The notes beneath the pieces are model-generated. The model had not been told where the DNA came from, did not search any database, and saw only the letters and a list, made by a program, of their open reading frames with translations. Position numbers and translations under genes: made by a program. A DNA stretch of 64,000 nt from Malacoraja senta (Eukaryota), in contig CM075988.1 in assembly GCA_038087875.1 (NCBI GenBank), positions 11,782,001-11,846,000 on the forward strand, given 5' to 3'. Shown in pieces: positions 14,740-28,195 of the stretch. How positions within the stretch are numbered: the first letter of the stretch is position 1; the number at the start of each line of letters is the position of its first letter.

Positions 14740-14939
14740 NNNNNNNNNNNNNNNNNNNNNNNNNNNNNNNNNNNNNNNNNNNNNNNNNNNNNNNNNNNNN
14801 NNNNNNNNNNNNNNNNNNNNNNNNNNNNNNNNNNNNNNNNNNNNNNNNNNNNNNNNNNNNNNNNNNNNNNNNNNNNNNNNNNNNNNNNNNNNNNNNNNNN
14901 NNNNNNNNNNNNNNNNNNNNNNNNNNNNNNNNNNNNNNN
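14740..14939. other. Assembly gap (200 N)
   Basis: N run, with an identical 41-bp sequence on both sides. Confidence 0.99.
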
Positions 14940-15179
14940 TTACTGCTTAGTCTACATCATGAGTGTTCTATTTCACACTGAAGTGAATGTTTGACAGTGG
15001 AAAGTGTTGTAGAAAACTGGAGCAGTTTGCCAAGATGTTGGGCTTTTTCAGAATTGCATTTGCTACTCATGATCAGATTACCGTTTTCTTTTTCCAATAT
15101 GCAGCTTAATCATATTTCTCTTATGTTTGGCACCAAGAGTACGAGGTCAAAAGCAGGTCTGGTTGTCATAAAATCCGTT

Positions 15180-15335
15180 ACATAAGTCCAAGGAGCAGAA
15201 TTGGCTATTCGTCCCATCAAGTCTACTTCGGCATTCAATCATGGCTGATCTAACTTTTCCTCTTAAACCCATTCTCCTGACTTCTCCTATAACCCCCGAC
15301 ACCCATACTAATCAAGGGCCTGTCCATCTCTGCTT
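15180..15335 (-). mobile_element. CR1 3' end fragment
   Basis: Reverse complement of the CR1 tail. Confidence 0.8.
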
Positions 15336-15519
15336 TTCGGGCCATTGTCCACGCTAACCATCCATTAGATGTTCACTTGAGCAGATAGGATGTGTCTATA
15401 CACGTCAGAATTCATTGTGCTACTGCCGTCAGCAGTTGTATCAATGTTAGGCCAAGCTGCTCTCTATTAAAGCATAAAACAATCATTATAAACTGCAAAC
15501 AAATATTTTTCCTCCTCAT

Positions 15520-15715
15520 CAAGGTAGTTGAGGCCAGTTCATTGGCTATATTTAAGAGGGAGTTAGATGTGGCCCTTGTGGCTAAAGTGATCAGGGGTAT
15601 GGAGATAAGGCAGGTACAGGATACTGAGTTGGATGATCAGCCGTGATCATATTGAATGGCGGTGCAGGCTCGAAGGGCCGAATGGCCTACTCCTGCACCT
15701 ATTTTCTATGTTTCT
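15520..15715 (+). mobile_element. CR1 3' end fragment
   Basis: Near-identical to 48323-48517. Confidence 0.9.
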
Positions 15716-16457
15716 GCAGTCCAGAATTTACTTATCATGCAGTGACTGATGGCAACAATTCACTTTGGAATCATTGGTCACAGGCAGTACAGTTGCAGCT
15801 GAAGCTTCCTCATATATTCATTAATTAGCTTATCCTTGATCTGGCATAAACATGATGTGAATACAATATCCCATTTGTGTTTTTTTAGAATACTGGAAAG
15901 CAGCCTTTTTAACCTTGTCCATAATAATGAATATTTATAAAATGCGATTGCATTCATATTTGTAATACTTTTTATTCTTGTCTGCCACATATTTAGGAAA
16001 CACACATCACCACTAGTGTGTTGAAATATATGCAGGTCTATTTTCTGAAAGTCTCTAACAAGGCTACATTTTGCATGTTGTATTTGAGTCAGTTTTGTTC
16101 ATTGCTATCTATGTAGGTTTTCTCATGATTATCTGGCAATATTATAAATAATATTGTTATGTTTCCAAGTTGTCAATTTGTTTCAGCCTCTATTGCTTCA
16201 ACATAAATAAAACATCTTGTCCTAATGACCATATTTGCTATGCAGGAAGTAAATGTCAATGGAATCATAATTGAAACCTTTATTCACCTATGAATTATCA
16301 AAATTTGGCAGCTATCACTCGTAGTACAATCAGATGGCAGTGTTCTCTGTAAGGTTTGTTATTCTGGATGAGATCTGTTGGGGCAGGCCAAACCAACAAC
16401 CAAAATCTGGAAAGCATTACATCTAAATGATTAGGTAGCATCGTGTCACAGAGGGAC

Positions 16458-16783
16458 TCATAAGGTCATAAGGAATAGGAGTAGAATTAGGCCATTCGGC
16501 CATTAAGTCTTCTCCACCATTCACTCATGGCTGATCTATCTCTCCTTCCTAACCCCATTATCCTGCCTTTTCCCCCATAACCTCTGACACCTGTACTAAT
16601 CAAGAATCTATCTCTGCCTTAAAGATATCCACTGACTAGGCCTCCACAGCCTTCTTTGGCAGAATTCCACAGATTCACCACAATCTGACTAAATACATTT
16701 TTTCTCATCTCCTTCCTAAAAGAACGCCCTTTGATTCTCAGGCTATGACCTCCAGTCCTAGACTCTACCATAGTAGAAACATC
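16458..16783 (-). mobile_element. CR1 3' fragment
   Basis: Reverse complement of 42115-42440. Confidence 0.9.
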
Positions 16784-17101
16784 GGGTGTAATTTTTTTTT
16801 CTTTCTTTTTTTCAATGAATCATGCCAAATTGAATTGCAATGCTCCATTATCCAGATGTTTGGGCAATATTGCCCTCAAACAAAAGATAGACACAAAAAG
16901 CTGGATTAACTCGGCAGGACAGGCAGCATCTCTGGCGAGACGGAATGGGTGACGTTTCGGGTTGAGACCAAAACACCTTGCATCTCCTTCTACATATCAC
17001 AGTCCACAAAGTATCTAATAATTTGAAGAGAGAGTGCAATTCAACTGTATTTTCCTTATTCTAAATTAATAGAAAATGCATCAGGATAAATTGTAGACCT
17101 A

Positions 17102-17307
17102 GCTCTCTCCTCAAGTTGTGGTTCTGATTTTCTTTTTTTTGTGTTTTTGGAAGGAATTCTGTCCCTGATTTATGTATTGGTCTTTATAACCTATTTTTTT
17201 AAAATTCTGATTATATGTTTTCTATAAATCTCTATATGGTGTCCTTGAGACCTCGGTATAAGGCGCCCGTAAATAAAATCCATTATTATTATTATTATTA
17301 TTATTAT
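17102..17307 (+). mobile_element. Truncated copy of the same L2-tailed retroposon
   Basis: Aligns to ~59120-59326; (ATT)n tail. Confidence 0.8.
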
Positions 17308-18129
17308 TGTTGTTAAATCGTTGAGAACTTGCTTTCCCTGGTGCACCTTTCTAATGTGTTTGTGACTAGCTCTGTGCATTACTGTAGTCAGTAGACAGCC
17401 AATCTTATGGAAAATCCAGAGGAAAATGACAGAATTCCAGTCCTGGAACTAAGATCATCCAGTGTGGGAATAATCCAGGACCAGACATTATGGATCACTG
17501 CCGTCTATTATAAGAACACATTCAACAGCTTGTGTTATGGAATTAAATGTATGTAGTGATATATATATCACTGCATAATTGTGAGACTTCTCAATTTCCA
17601 ATTTCTCATTAAAAGGGAGAGCCCACAAAGACAAAGAATTATTACCCGGACAGGCTAAAGATGCACAAGAGAGCTACAGCCCCTGAACAATTGAATGGTT
17701 GTCACATCTTTTCTCAACAATTCTTTTGTTATTAATTGGATTGTTATTTTGGTATTAATAGGGTTGGTGACAGTATGCACAAATCACCTAAAAAGTCTCC
17801 AGGTTTTGTAAGTTATAGAACCAAACTCATTAGCAAATATTGTACTGAAGTAAAAAAATCATTAATTTCATTGTCGGGGTAACGGACAGAAAATAATTGA
17901 CAATGATCTTGAATCTTAAATCCATTGAAGGCATCCACCCTGAGATGTGTGTGAAGCTCTTTACCATTTGGCATGGCTAATTTATTGTTTCCTACAGGTA
18001 AAAATGATTTAAAGCGTTACTGGAAGCCAGTGATTTACTCCATATGGATTTACGATGAGTTGGTGTGGATATCTGTTAGATTACATTGGCATCCATTGAT
18101 GGATGAGCAGAAATGTCTGTGAACACCGT

Positions 18130-18565
18130 AATGGGAAAATCAAAGCCATTGCCTTCAATCCCCATTGCAATCAAACCCTCTCCATGGCAACTGTCTGAGA
18201 CAGCTCGCGTACTTGCTGTCATCATTGAAGCTGCGGATATACTTCACAACACAAAGCCACACCATCCTCGGGACTGTAGACTTCCATCTCTGTACATCAT
18301 CTGTGTCTGCCCTGCCTCAGTTCGTCAAATCCTTTCACCATCATCCATCTTTGTTACCTCTAGGATTGAACATTCTACCCCACTCTGGCTGCCCTCACCA
18401 TATCACTCTTTTGTGAACAGGATCATCTGCTATCTGTGTCCAAAATCGCTACTCCCATTTATCCGTCACCCTTGTGTTTGCCGACCTACAGTGCACCAAG
18501 TTAAGCAAGTTTTTGATTTTATCCTTATTTTCAACTCCATCCACAACTTTCTACCTTTTGAATAT
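18130..18565 (+). mobile_element. Ancient L2 LINE ORF2 C-terminal fragment
   Basis: ARVLAVIIE (L2 ARNLGVIFD), FVTSRIEHST (FVTSRLDYCN), VKQVFDFILIFNSIH (VKQRIDFKILLxxFKSLH). Confidence 0.75.
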
Positions 18566-19154
18566 CCTTCAGTTTAGTTTAGTTTATTGGTGCCATGTGT
18601 ACTGAGATACAGTGAAAAACTTGTCATTGTGTGCTATCCAAACAAAGAAATATTTAAACATGATCCCAAGCTGTCCCTCAGGGTATTGATAAAGGATACA
18701 ACATTTAGTGCAAGATCAAGTCTGATAGAGTCCAATTAAAGACAGTTCAAGGTCTCCAATGGGGTAGATGGGAGGTCAGGACTGCACTCTAGCTGGTGAG
18801 ATGTCACTGAATGTGGAGGTATGCATTTTCACACTTCTATACCTCTTGCCTGATGGGATAGGGGGGAAGTGGGAGAGACTGGGGTGAGACTGGTCATTGT
18901 TTATTAATTTGAAATTATGCACAAGGAAACCATTCCTGATGACTTATTTGGTGGAGAGGTTCACTGCTAGATATGAGATATAAAGAATGGAGAAGCCCAA
19001 CATTTTTCTCACAGTTGTTTTTGGAGTAACCACTATCAGCCAAGAGATCTAAGCAATGATCTTTGGTCACAGTATCAAAGGGATAAACATCGGAAACACA
19101 GCTGTCTTCTATTGAATGGAGATCAGTGATTGGCAGTGTAAAGTTAAAAGTACT

Positions 19155-19340
19155 AACAAGGAACTGCAGATGTTGGTTTATTGTGGAAGGGCACAAAATG
19201 CTGGAGTAACTCAGTGGGTCAGGCGACATTCCTGGAGAATATCAATAGGTGGTGCTTCAACCCCGAAACGTCACCTATCCACGTTCTCCAGGAATGCTGT
19301 CTGACCCGCTGAGTAACTCCAGCATTTTGCGTCTTTCCTT
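19155..19340 (-). mobile_element. Fold-back Penelope-like element
   Basis: Inverted arms GCTGGAGTAACTCAG / CTGAGTAACTCCAGC. Confidence 0.75.
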
Positions 19341-20289
19341 AAATTAAAAGGCAGTGGCTTACCAATAAGCACAGAATTGAGTTCCTCTCTAGCGCCTTTT
19401 GGTCATGTAGACCTACCGCCAGGTTAACATACAAGGCTTGGCCTTTTATTCAGATAATTGAAGATGCTGTACAATGATCTGCCCATTTAAACAGCTCCCA
19501 GTCTGGAACAAATTTTCAGACTCTTCTGACCTTTGTGAATGCATTTATGACCATTAAACTTCTGGCAACTGGAGTAACTATGGTAACATTAGCACACATA
19601 GTCATCAAGTTGTTGAAATGGTTCAGAAGAAAAGGCCTAGCTGCTTGATGGAAAGGAGCAGCACGCCTCAGCTGAAAGCATCCTGCTGCTGCGAGTCATT
19701 AGTGATGTATCAAGTTGTTCTGTGGTGTTCATTTGCAGAGATTGTACTACTCCTCCACACCAGCACTTTGTTTATTTACTGTAATAGAGCAACCAACTGG
19801 TGTAGGAATTGTCTGTGTAATTGCTCTATTGCTAAGATTTGCCAGAAATGATAACATGCTACAAGCATAATGTCAAATTATTCTTCTCCCTACAGCCTTG
19901 CTGTGAAGTTAAATCATCGAATACCAGCTCAAAACACAGATTCATTCCATTGTGTGGTTTTACTATGCACGTCTTCTTCCATTTTGCACATACAGTATCT
20001 GGTGATGGTTTCTCTTCATAAATTCAACAGCATCTTTCGACCTTGTTTCGTTCCCACATTATAAGCCTTCACCTGGGCTTCTGAATAAAGCCTAGTTTTC
20101 CAGTCAAGGCATGACAAAAAAGAATAGGAGTTAGAAACTCGTCTCAGGCACTCAGGCCAACCAACCATTAACAGTCAGGTTGTCTGTTATACAGGACTTG
20201 AAGCTTATTGTACATCAGTTAGCCAAGCTAGTGCCATCTGTTTCAGTAGAATTACAAATCATTGATCTTTTAGTAATAGTTAAAAATAT

Positions 20290-20504
20290 AGACACAAAAT
20301 GCTGGAGTAACACAACGGGTCAGGCAGCATCTCTGGAGATGCTGAAGATGGGTTTTCTGAAGAGGAATCAGAGGGATCTATGAAGAAGGGTTCTGAAATG
20401 TCACTTTTTTTAAAACAGAGATGCTGCTTGAGCCGTTGAGTTTTTCCCACATTTTGTGTTTATCTTCGGTATAAACCAGCATCTGCAGCTCTTCCCCACA
20501 TACG
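20290..20504 (+). mobile_element. Fold-back Penelope-like element
   Basis: 11-bp TSD GTTAAAAATAT at 20279-20289 and 20505-20515. Confidence 0.8.
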
Positions 20505-20971
20505 GTTAAAAATATTTTGATTAAAGTGCGTAAAGATTTTCTGGGTGAGATAATTAATGCTTCATTTGTGGGCTTTGTGGATTGGCTGCCTATTATACAC
20601 TCAGCCTAGTTTCCAGTACTTGAGTATATAAGGCTTTATTAGTTGCTCTCGGTCAAATTGTTAAATGGTCTTTGTGTTAATTGTACAATTTGGTTACATT
20701 CACAATCTACCATGTTATATCTGTACCAATTTACAAGTTTGAAAAATCATTGCAGCTTCCTCTTTGTAACTGCTCGATCAAAGAAGCATCAACATTTCTG
20801 ATGTACCTTGAGTAAGGATTTATAAACTTATAGATTTATTCACACTGTTTAAGTAACCTGGAATGGGGAGTTTCTGCATTGGAAGTCCTGAAATATTTGA
20901 TTTAGATCCTGATTACAAATCTTTAATTGCAGCATAATCTTAATTTCCAATCAGATGAGTTTCATCATTTC

Positions 20972-21274
20972 AGTTTTAGTTTTAAGATACACTGTGGAAA
21001 CATGACCTTCGGCCCACCTAATTCACGCCTACCGCCGATCACCTGTACACTAGTTCTTTGTTATCTCCCTTTTGCGTCCTACAATTGACAACAACTGATT
21101 AACCTACAAACCCGCGTGTCTCTTTGGAATGTGGGAGGAAACCGGAGATCCCGTAGAAAACCCACGGGGTCGCAGAAGAACGTACAAACTCCGCGCTGAC
21201 CGCACCCATAGTCAGGATCTCTGCCGCTGAGTATCTGGTGCTGTGAGGCAGCAGCTCTACTGCTGCATCACTGT
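20972..21274 (-). mobile_element. HE1-like tRNA-derived V-SINE
   Basis: Head, GGAGTTTGTACGTTCT core and CR1-like tail on the minus strand. Confidence 0.85.
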
Positions 21275-21554
21275 TTCCTTGTTAACTGTATTGTGCTGCA
21301 GCCTTTCCTTTAGCACAGATCATTGAAAACTTGAAAAGAGCAATAATCTTAAATAGTGACAAAGTGATAGGAATGAGAGCATACTGTGTACCTGTTATTG
21401 GTTTGGTGCTGAACATTTTGACAGTTAAGTCAATTCTTAAGATCTGTAGGATACCTTTTCATCCGTTGCTCAATAATAAATTTGACTACATTCCTGCTGG
21501 TCACCAGCAGTGCCTGAGTTTACCCTGTCAATGAGAATATGAACCTTTAGATGT

Positions 21555-21900
21555 CTCTACCCCAGACAGCTGTGGAGGCAGAATAATTGGATATATTCAA
21601 GGCAGAGGGTGTGAAACATTTACACTGCAATGATGTCCAGGAGTATGGGGAGAGCACAGAAAAGTGATTTGAGGTCAAGATTGAAGAAGGGTCTCGACCC
21701 GAAACATCACCTATTCCTTTGCTCCATAGATGCTGCCTCACCTGCTGAGTTTCTCCAGCATTTTTGTCTACGATCGATTTTTCCAGCATCTGCAGTTCTT
21801 TCTTAAACATGAGGTCAAGAGTAGATCGGGCAGGTGTTTGCTGAAAGGCACAGCAAACTTGAAGGGCAGAGTTACCTCGTATTCTCCTATTTCTTACATT
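21555..21900 (+). mobile_element. Degraded CR1 3' end interrupted by a hammerhead-bearing element
   Basis: GCTGTGGAGGC..GGATATATTCAAGGCAGAG..TATGGGGAG. Confidence 0.7.
21681..21809 (+). mobile_element. Single-arm hammerhead-bearing element
   Basis: Begins at TGAAGAAGGGTCTCGACCCGAAAC; 11-bp TSD TGAGGTCAAGA at 21670-21680 and 21810-21820. Confidence 0.85.
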
Positions 21901-22002
21901 TATCTGACTCCATGCACCATTGCAGCCAGAACTACTTGCTATGCTCTTGAGAAATAAATGAAGAGAAAATAAATTGTCAGTGATGCCCATATTTCATCAA
22001 CA

Positions 22003-22085
22003 CATGAACCTTCATGTACCTTTCATGTACCTTTCATGAACCTTTCATGAACCTTTCATGTACCTTTCATGTACCTTTCATGAAC
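22003..22085. repeat. 11-bp minisatellite (CATGWACCTTT), about 7.5 units
   Basis: Seen directly. Confidence 0.95.
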
Positions 22086-23134
22086 ATATTAGGAAGGTTA
22101 GTGAGATTACTGCATGGAGAAAAAGGCCAGAGAATCACCACTCCACTCTTTGTTCTTTACATTTTGAAAGCCCATTGGCTGTCAATACATTTAAGAGCCC
22201 CCATCCCCATGAAATACACTATGTTTGTATAAGGAGCTATGCTGCACTTGCTCCTAAACAAACTACTGTCATGTAGGAACACTGTAAGGAACTTAACAGT
22301 TCAGGCAGCATCTGTGGAAGGAAATGGACAGTCGAACCTTCGGCTGGTGACCCTTTGTTAAGCTTGCGTCTTGTATTAGCGTGGAGCATATTCACATCTT
22401 CATGCTTTGGAGAGCATCATCATTTGTGGATACTACCTGTCAGAGTTCTGGTTCATTCATTTGAGTCAGGTTAGCTAAATGTGTTGGCAAAGGAAGTCGG
22501 TGTCTCTGGCTCTGCCCTCAGTGACATCTGCTCTGTAAACCCTGGGCTTACAAAAAGATTACACCTCTTTCCTTAGAACGGAAGCTCCAGGAACTGGCAA
22601 AGCTCCATCAACAATGGGTGTCTGTGATAATCCTGGGATTCGGATGTTCTCCCACCAGAGTGCACGGATTTACAAATCTCACATCTCTGGCTCCATTAAT
22701 GTTCTTCGGCAATCTGTTCACAGACTTTGGACAGCTGTTGCTTCGGGAGACACGTTAATGGCACCGAAGCATATTAATAACCAACACATTTTCATTCAGA
22801 ACCATTGTAAAAAATATTAGTTAACTAACCACAATTGTTAATATATTTTTTCACTAATGATATCGGACACTGCTGTTAAAGCAGGATCTGGAAAAGGCTT
22901 AATTCTTTTGGTGCTTTCTCCATCTGGCAACAAATGAATATCCGATTATTGACTTGTTATTGACTCAATGGTCAACTCTTTCTGTGCTTCTGGAATAACT
23001 TTTTCAAGATTGAACTAGTTACCTTCAATTGGAAAGGGGTTTCCTGGTGTTTATTCTTTTCACCTGAGTTTTCATTGTGAGCAAAGGACGTTGTTGGAAC
23101 GTGGACAAGAATCATTGTACTCTCTCTTGCTGCA

Positions 23135-24660
23135 GATATGGCATCAGAGGGCTGGAGAGCAGCCAATGCTGTTCCATAGTTTAAAATGGGAAGTACAGAT
23201 AATCCAGGAAATTATAGGCCGACGAGCCTCACATCAGTGTTAGGGAATCTTTTGAAGAGGATTCTTCGGGATAAGAATTACTCAAATTTGGAAGCGAATG
23301 AGATAATTATGAACATTAACAGCATGCCTTTGTCTATGCATACCGTGACTTACAAGCTAAACTGAGCTTTTTGGGGTGGTGACAAAGGTGATCAATGAAC
23401 AATGGAAATTTCCTACATGGATTTTTGTCAGCCATTTTATAAAGTCCCCCGTGTTAGGCTGTGATTTGGAGTCATGTGGATTCAGAACTGGCTTACCCAT
23501 GAAAGACAAAGAGTGGTGGTAGAAATGTGTATTTCTGGAAGGAGGTCTGTGACCAGTGGAGTTCCACAGGAATCTGTACTGGGACCTATTTTTGTGATTA
23601 TATAAATAACTTGGATGAAAATGTAGCTGCCTTGTTTAGTAAGTTTGCAGATGACACCAAAATTGGTGGAGTTGCGGACAGTGTGGAAGGCTGTCGAAGG
23701 ATACAGTGGGATACTGATCGGTTTAAGAAATTACAGATGGAGTTGAATCCGAGCAAATATGAGGTGTTACACTTCAGGGGGTTGAATGTAAGGAGAACAT
23801 ATACTGTTAATGGCAAGATCTTTAACAGCATTGATGTACAGAGAGATCTTGTGTTCCAAGTTCGTAACTCCCTGAAAGTGGTAACACAAGTAGATAGAGT
23901 GGTAAAGGAGTACTGTATACTTGCCTTCATCACATGGGGCAGTGTGTACAAGAGTCAAGAGGTCATGGTGCTGCTTTTTGAATCTTTAGTTTGGCTACAT
24001 TGACAGTATTGTGTGCAGTTCTGCTTGCCCCATTAGATGGAGGATGTGGAGGCTTTGGAGAGGATGCAGAAGTGGTTTAACGGGAGCTGCCTGGGGGTCA
24101 AACGTAAGGATGTCAAATGTAAGGAGAACATACACAGTTAACGACAAAGCCTTTGACAGCATTGATGTACAGGGGGATCTTGTGGTCCAAGTTCATAACT
24201 TCCTGAAAGTGAGATTAGAAGGTTTTAACTATAAGGAGAAGTTTAACAAACTTGGATTGTTTTCCCTGGGGCACTGGGGGTTTGGAAACTTCAGTTTAGT
24301 TTAGTGACACAGCGTGGAAACAGGCCCATCGGCCCACCGGGTCCATGCTGACCAGCGATCCCCACCATTAATACTATCCTACACACGGGACAATTTACAT
24401 TTAAACCAAACCAATTTACCTACATACCTGTACATCTTTGTAGTGTGGGCAGAAACCGAAGATCTCAGAGAAAACCCACGCAGGTCACGGGGAAAACGTA
24501 CAAAGTCCGTACAGACAGCACCCATAGTCTGGATCGAACCCGGGTCTCCGGCACTGCAAGCGCTGTAAGGCAGCAACTCGATCACTGCGCCAACATGTCT
24601 GCCCTGACCTGATAAAGTTGATTAAATGATGAGAGGCATGGATAAGGTTAACACTCGTGC
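23135..24660 (+). mobile_element. Older degraded CR1 LINE RT fragment, interrupted by a SINE (24291-24604)
   Basis: NPGNY motif near 23201; YINNLDE..SKFADDTKIGG in ORF 23527-24003; frameshifts. Confidence 0.9.
24291..24604 (-). mobile_element. HE1-like V-SINE
   Basis: A-box-like TGGCGCAGTG, B box GGTTCGATCC, core, (CTAAA)n tail. Confidence 0.9.
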
Positions 24661-26509
24661 CCACATTGCTCCTGAGAAGGGTCAACATCAAATTGCTCAT
24701 GGTAACTTTCAGACTAACACAATCATGTGAATGCCCCTGTTTCTTTCAGGTACACAACAAAGTGCAGACATTTTCTCATCAAATCCAGGCCAATGTCCCT
24801 GAAAACATTCCATATCCATTTTCCACATTTCTCCATTGCTACCTGTGGGACCTGCTGCCTTGCTACCCTCCAGTTATGAGTTGCAATGTTTTTTAGACAA
24901 TTTCAATATTAATACATGATCATTCTGCGTCTGAAGCTCATTGCAATTACCTTGGTGTGATGAATGTTGTAAGCGTGGTGTAGTATGCTGATGTGCCGAA
25001 ATAACATAATCAGAGCAACTAACTGGGCATTACTTACCAGGCATGTGTTCCATCTGCTCTGTTCTGAAACAACAGGAAAATAATACATTTTGCAAGCAGA
25101 GTTTTCCAAATTAGTTATTTTTATTGAGGTTTTTTGGTCAGAGTCACGAATAATATGAGCTCCAATTGCTTTACCCCGATAGTGCTTACTGTGTGGAATG
25201 TGTTAGGTGGTGAGGTTCAACTTGCATTGACAAAGGCACAGAAGGGAGAATGGTCTGAGGAAATGCTGAGGAGCAAGCTGGAAAGGCTTTTATAAAATAC
25301 TATACATTTCCTAACCAGGGCAACTGGGAATGGTTTTCAACCAGTGAGAGGCCAGCGCAAAGGGAAATCAAAATAGAAATCGGTAGCTGATTATTCAAGA
25401 TTTTTAAGATAGTTTCCCAATCGGCAATGTTGAAGTGGAACAACAGAAAGTGAATAGAAAATAATGGAAAACAATATATGTGTTAGTGATTTTGAAGTCC
25501 AGTCATTTCAGATCTAATACATTGTTATTTAAAGTTATTTTTCTGTTCCTCTTCTGTCATCTGTCAAAAAGGCACATATTTTACAGGCAAGGTGATGTGT
25601 TAGGTGCCCTCATGCTGAACATTTACATTTTGACAAATTCCTCGGTGTTACACCAGGTTTATTTAGTAGCCAAATCCAGCATTCGTGGGTTGTCACTCGG
25701 TGGATTAAGAGACCGATAACAGAAAGTCACAGAATGTAATGAGCTGTTAGATCACAAGATTATGAGGAGACCATTCAGCTCATTCTGCCTTTTCCATTTT
25801 TACCCAGACAGCTCGATTAATGATGTAACCAAACATTTATATGCTGTCCATGCTCGCGCAATGCTAAGTTGTTTTATTCCCAAGTGTAGATCAAGATGCC
25901 CTTATCTGGAGTTTTACTGCATTCCCTATATTCCCTTCTCTGTCAAAAATCTGTCAAACATTTTTTTTCGTTGCAGAAATTTACAGCCTCAATTTTAGCA
26001 GATTCAAAAACCTTTGAGGAATGTGGGTGAGTCACTGGAGTATCGATCAGTGCAGATAATGATGATGACATCTCGGTAAATTGCGAATTATTCCAATCAA
26101 TACATTCCAGCCCATTCAGAGTCACAGTTGAAGTTGCTTCCTGTCACCATTGATCGGGTGCAGTACTTCAACAGACTTGAACTGTAACATGGCTGTGAGG
26201 TGAATTCCCTGTCCTGATTCTTGTAGCCATTCTCTGATCCACACTCATAAAATGCTATTGATTTGTGTTCCTCGTCAATTACCTCTTCCTGTAAATCCCA
26301 GTTGTTTTGCTAAAGATTGACAACCTTTTATTTCTTCGATCTTTCTCCTCCAAGGTGATGGGCCAGAGTTCGATTTTGAAATAATCAGAATATAATCTCT
26401 TCACCTCTCGGGTCTGTGTTTCAATGCATTTTAGATTTAATACATGAACGTCCTTTCTCATCTCCTGGCAGTTATCTGATGGATAGCGAAGGGGAGGGAA
26501 GCAAAAATT

Positions 26510-26703
26510 CAATGACCCTCGGACTATCTTTAATCAGACTTTACTGGACTATATCTTGAACTAAATATTATTTATTTTATCACGTATCTGTACACTGTGG
26601 TGGCTGGATTGTAATCATGTATTGTCATTCCACTGGTTAGCACGCAACAAAAGATTTTCACTGTTCCTCGGTACACTTGACAATATACTAAACCAAACTA
26701 AAT
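26510..26703 (+). mobile_element. LINE/SINE 3' end, probably Rex1/Babar type
   Basis: TTTCACTGTTCCTCGGTACACTTGACAAT..(CTAAA)n; related ends at ~4340-4455, 4590-4677, 18572-18900 (minus), 46365-46420 and 55980-56105. Confidence 0.6.
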
Positions 26704-27829
26704 ATTGAAGGGCATTCAATGGCACAACGCGTGGGCATTATAGGGATATGGTCAGTGGTGAATGAATTGGTGGAAGGAAATAGGAAGAGAGAAAAGAGTT
26801 AGTTACAACCTTGCCTAAGTTTTAAAAAAAGTCAAATTTCTATGGCTGATGCTGAATACCAGTTAGCATCAAGCAATTACACATTTGCATTTTTTGATAT
26901 TTAATTTGGAAAAGAACTTTCAAATGTTATTTGAAACTTGGGTAGACACATTTTCCTGATAAATTTCTGAATTTAAAGTGCCATTGATTGGAACAATTTG
27001 CAATTGCACCTTCTAATGGATGTAATTAAACTTCAGATAAACTGGAGACAAAAATGGTCTTCAGCAATGAAATATTGTGGGCCTTGTCTGTCAGGCTTGC
27101 AATGCCAATCCTTATTTCATATATTTTCATATTTAGGCTTATTTATTATTTGTTAGTTTTTTAAAGTTTTATATGACAGAGAAGGAAGCCATTCCACTCA
27201 TCAGCCTACAGCAGATCTGAGAGCAATCAAATCAAATCATTCCCCAACTTAATTTTCCTGTGTCCTGTGTTACAAGATACTGAATGGATTGTTTTTCTGT
27301 ATCACTGTCAGAATATGATGGAAGGGATTTACCATCTGTGAGTTTTATTCTATTGCAATCGGTTAGAAACCATTTTAGTGGTATCTGTATGCCTGGAATA
27401 TGGCAGAGGAGATTATTTGAACCTGGCATCATGTATAGCATGGACTTTGTGGGCCTAAGAGCCTGTTACTGAGCTGTATTGTTCAATGCTCTTGGGTTAA
27501 GACACAGATCAGCCTTGATGAATTTGAATGACAAAATAGATTTGCTGAGTCTGAAAGAACCACCTATGACAGAGTCCATGATTCTCATGTAAGTCCTATC
27601 AACCATCTCAGCCAACCATGGAGTGGAAACAAGTCATGTGTTGCAGGAGCAGAATGAGGACATTCAGCCCGTCGAGTCTAATCCGGGGGGAGGTGGGAGG
27701 GGTGGGGGAAGAGAAGGGATTTTCTAAAATACCTCGGGTAGAATACCGAACTTCTAGATGGAAGCCACATTTGAAAATAAATCTCTCATTTTCCATGGTC
27801 ATGGCGATTGGTCGAATATGGCACGGGGC

Positions 27830-28195
27830 TGGTACTGGGTGGCAGAGTGGTGCAGCTCATAGAGCTACTTCCTCACAGTTCCAGCATCCCAATTTCACAG
27901 CTGTCGATGTGAACTTTGCACATTTTCCCAGTGATTATAGGGGTGGCACGGTGGCGTAGCGGTGGTGTATACCTGGGTTCGATTCTGACTGCAGGTGCTA
28001 TATGGATGGAGTTTGTACTTTTTCCCTTTGACCGCGTTGGTTTCCTTCAGGAGCTTCGGTTTCCTCCCACACTCCTAAGACGTACAGGTTAGTTGGTTAA
28101 ATGACGAAGGTAAAAAATTTAAATTGTCCCTCTTGTGCAGGATAGTGTTTGTGTACGGAGGTGATCGCTGGTCAACATGGACTCAGTGGGCTGAG
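27830..28195 (+). mobile_element. Two adjacent HE1-like SINEs (partial 27830-27938; 27939-28195)
   Basis: GGCACGGTGGCGTAGCGG A box, GGGTTCGATTC B box, core. Confidence 0.85.

Noticed and set aside
14580..14994. ORFs spanning the N run
   Set aside because: Open only because of the gap.
22003..22085. Possible CRISPR-like array
   Set aside because: Head-to-tail 11-mers with no unique spacers, in eukaryotic DNA.
25977..26026. 50-nt plus-strand segment with good acceptor and GTGAGT donor
   Set aside because: Unrecognised peptide and no partner exons; likely a pseudo-exon, as are similar sites near 3905-3945, 9955, 17998 and 60153.
27939..27990. A/B boxes as a tRNA gene
   Set aside because: They are SINE heads followed by the core and LINE-derived tail; no cloverleaf.
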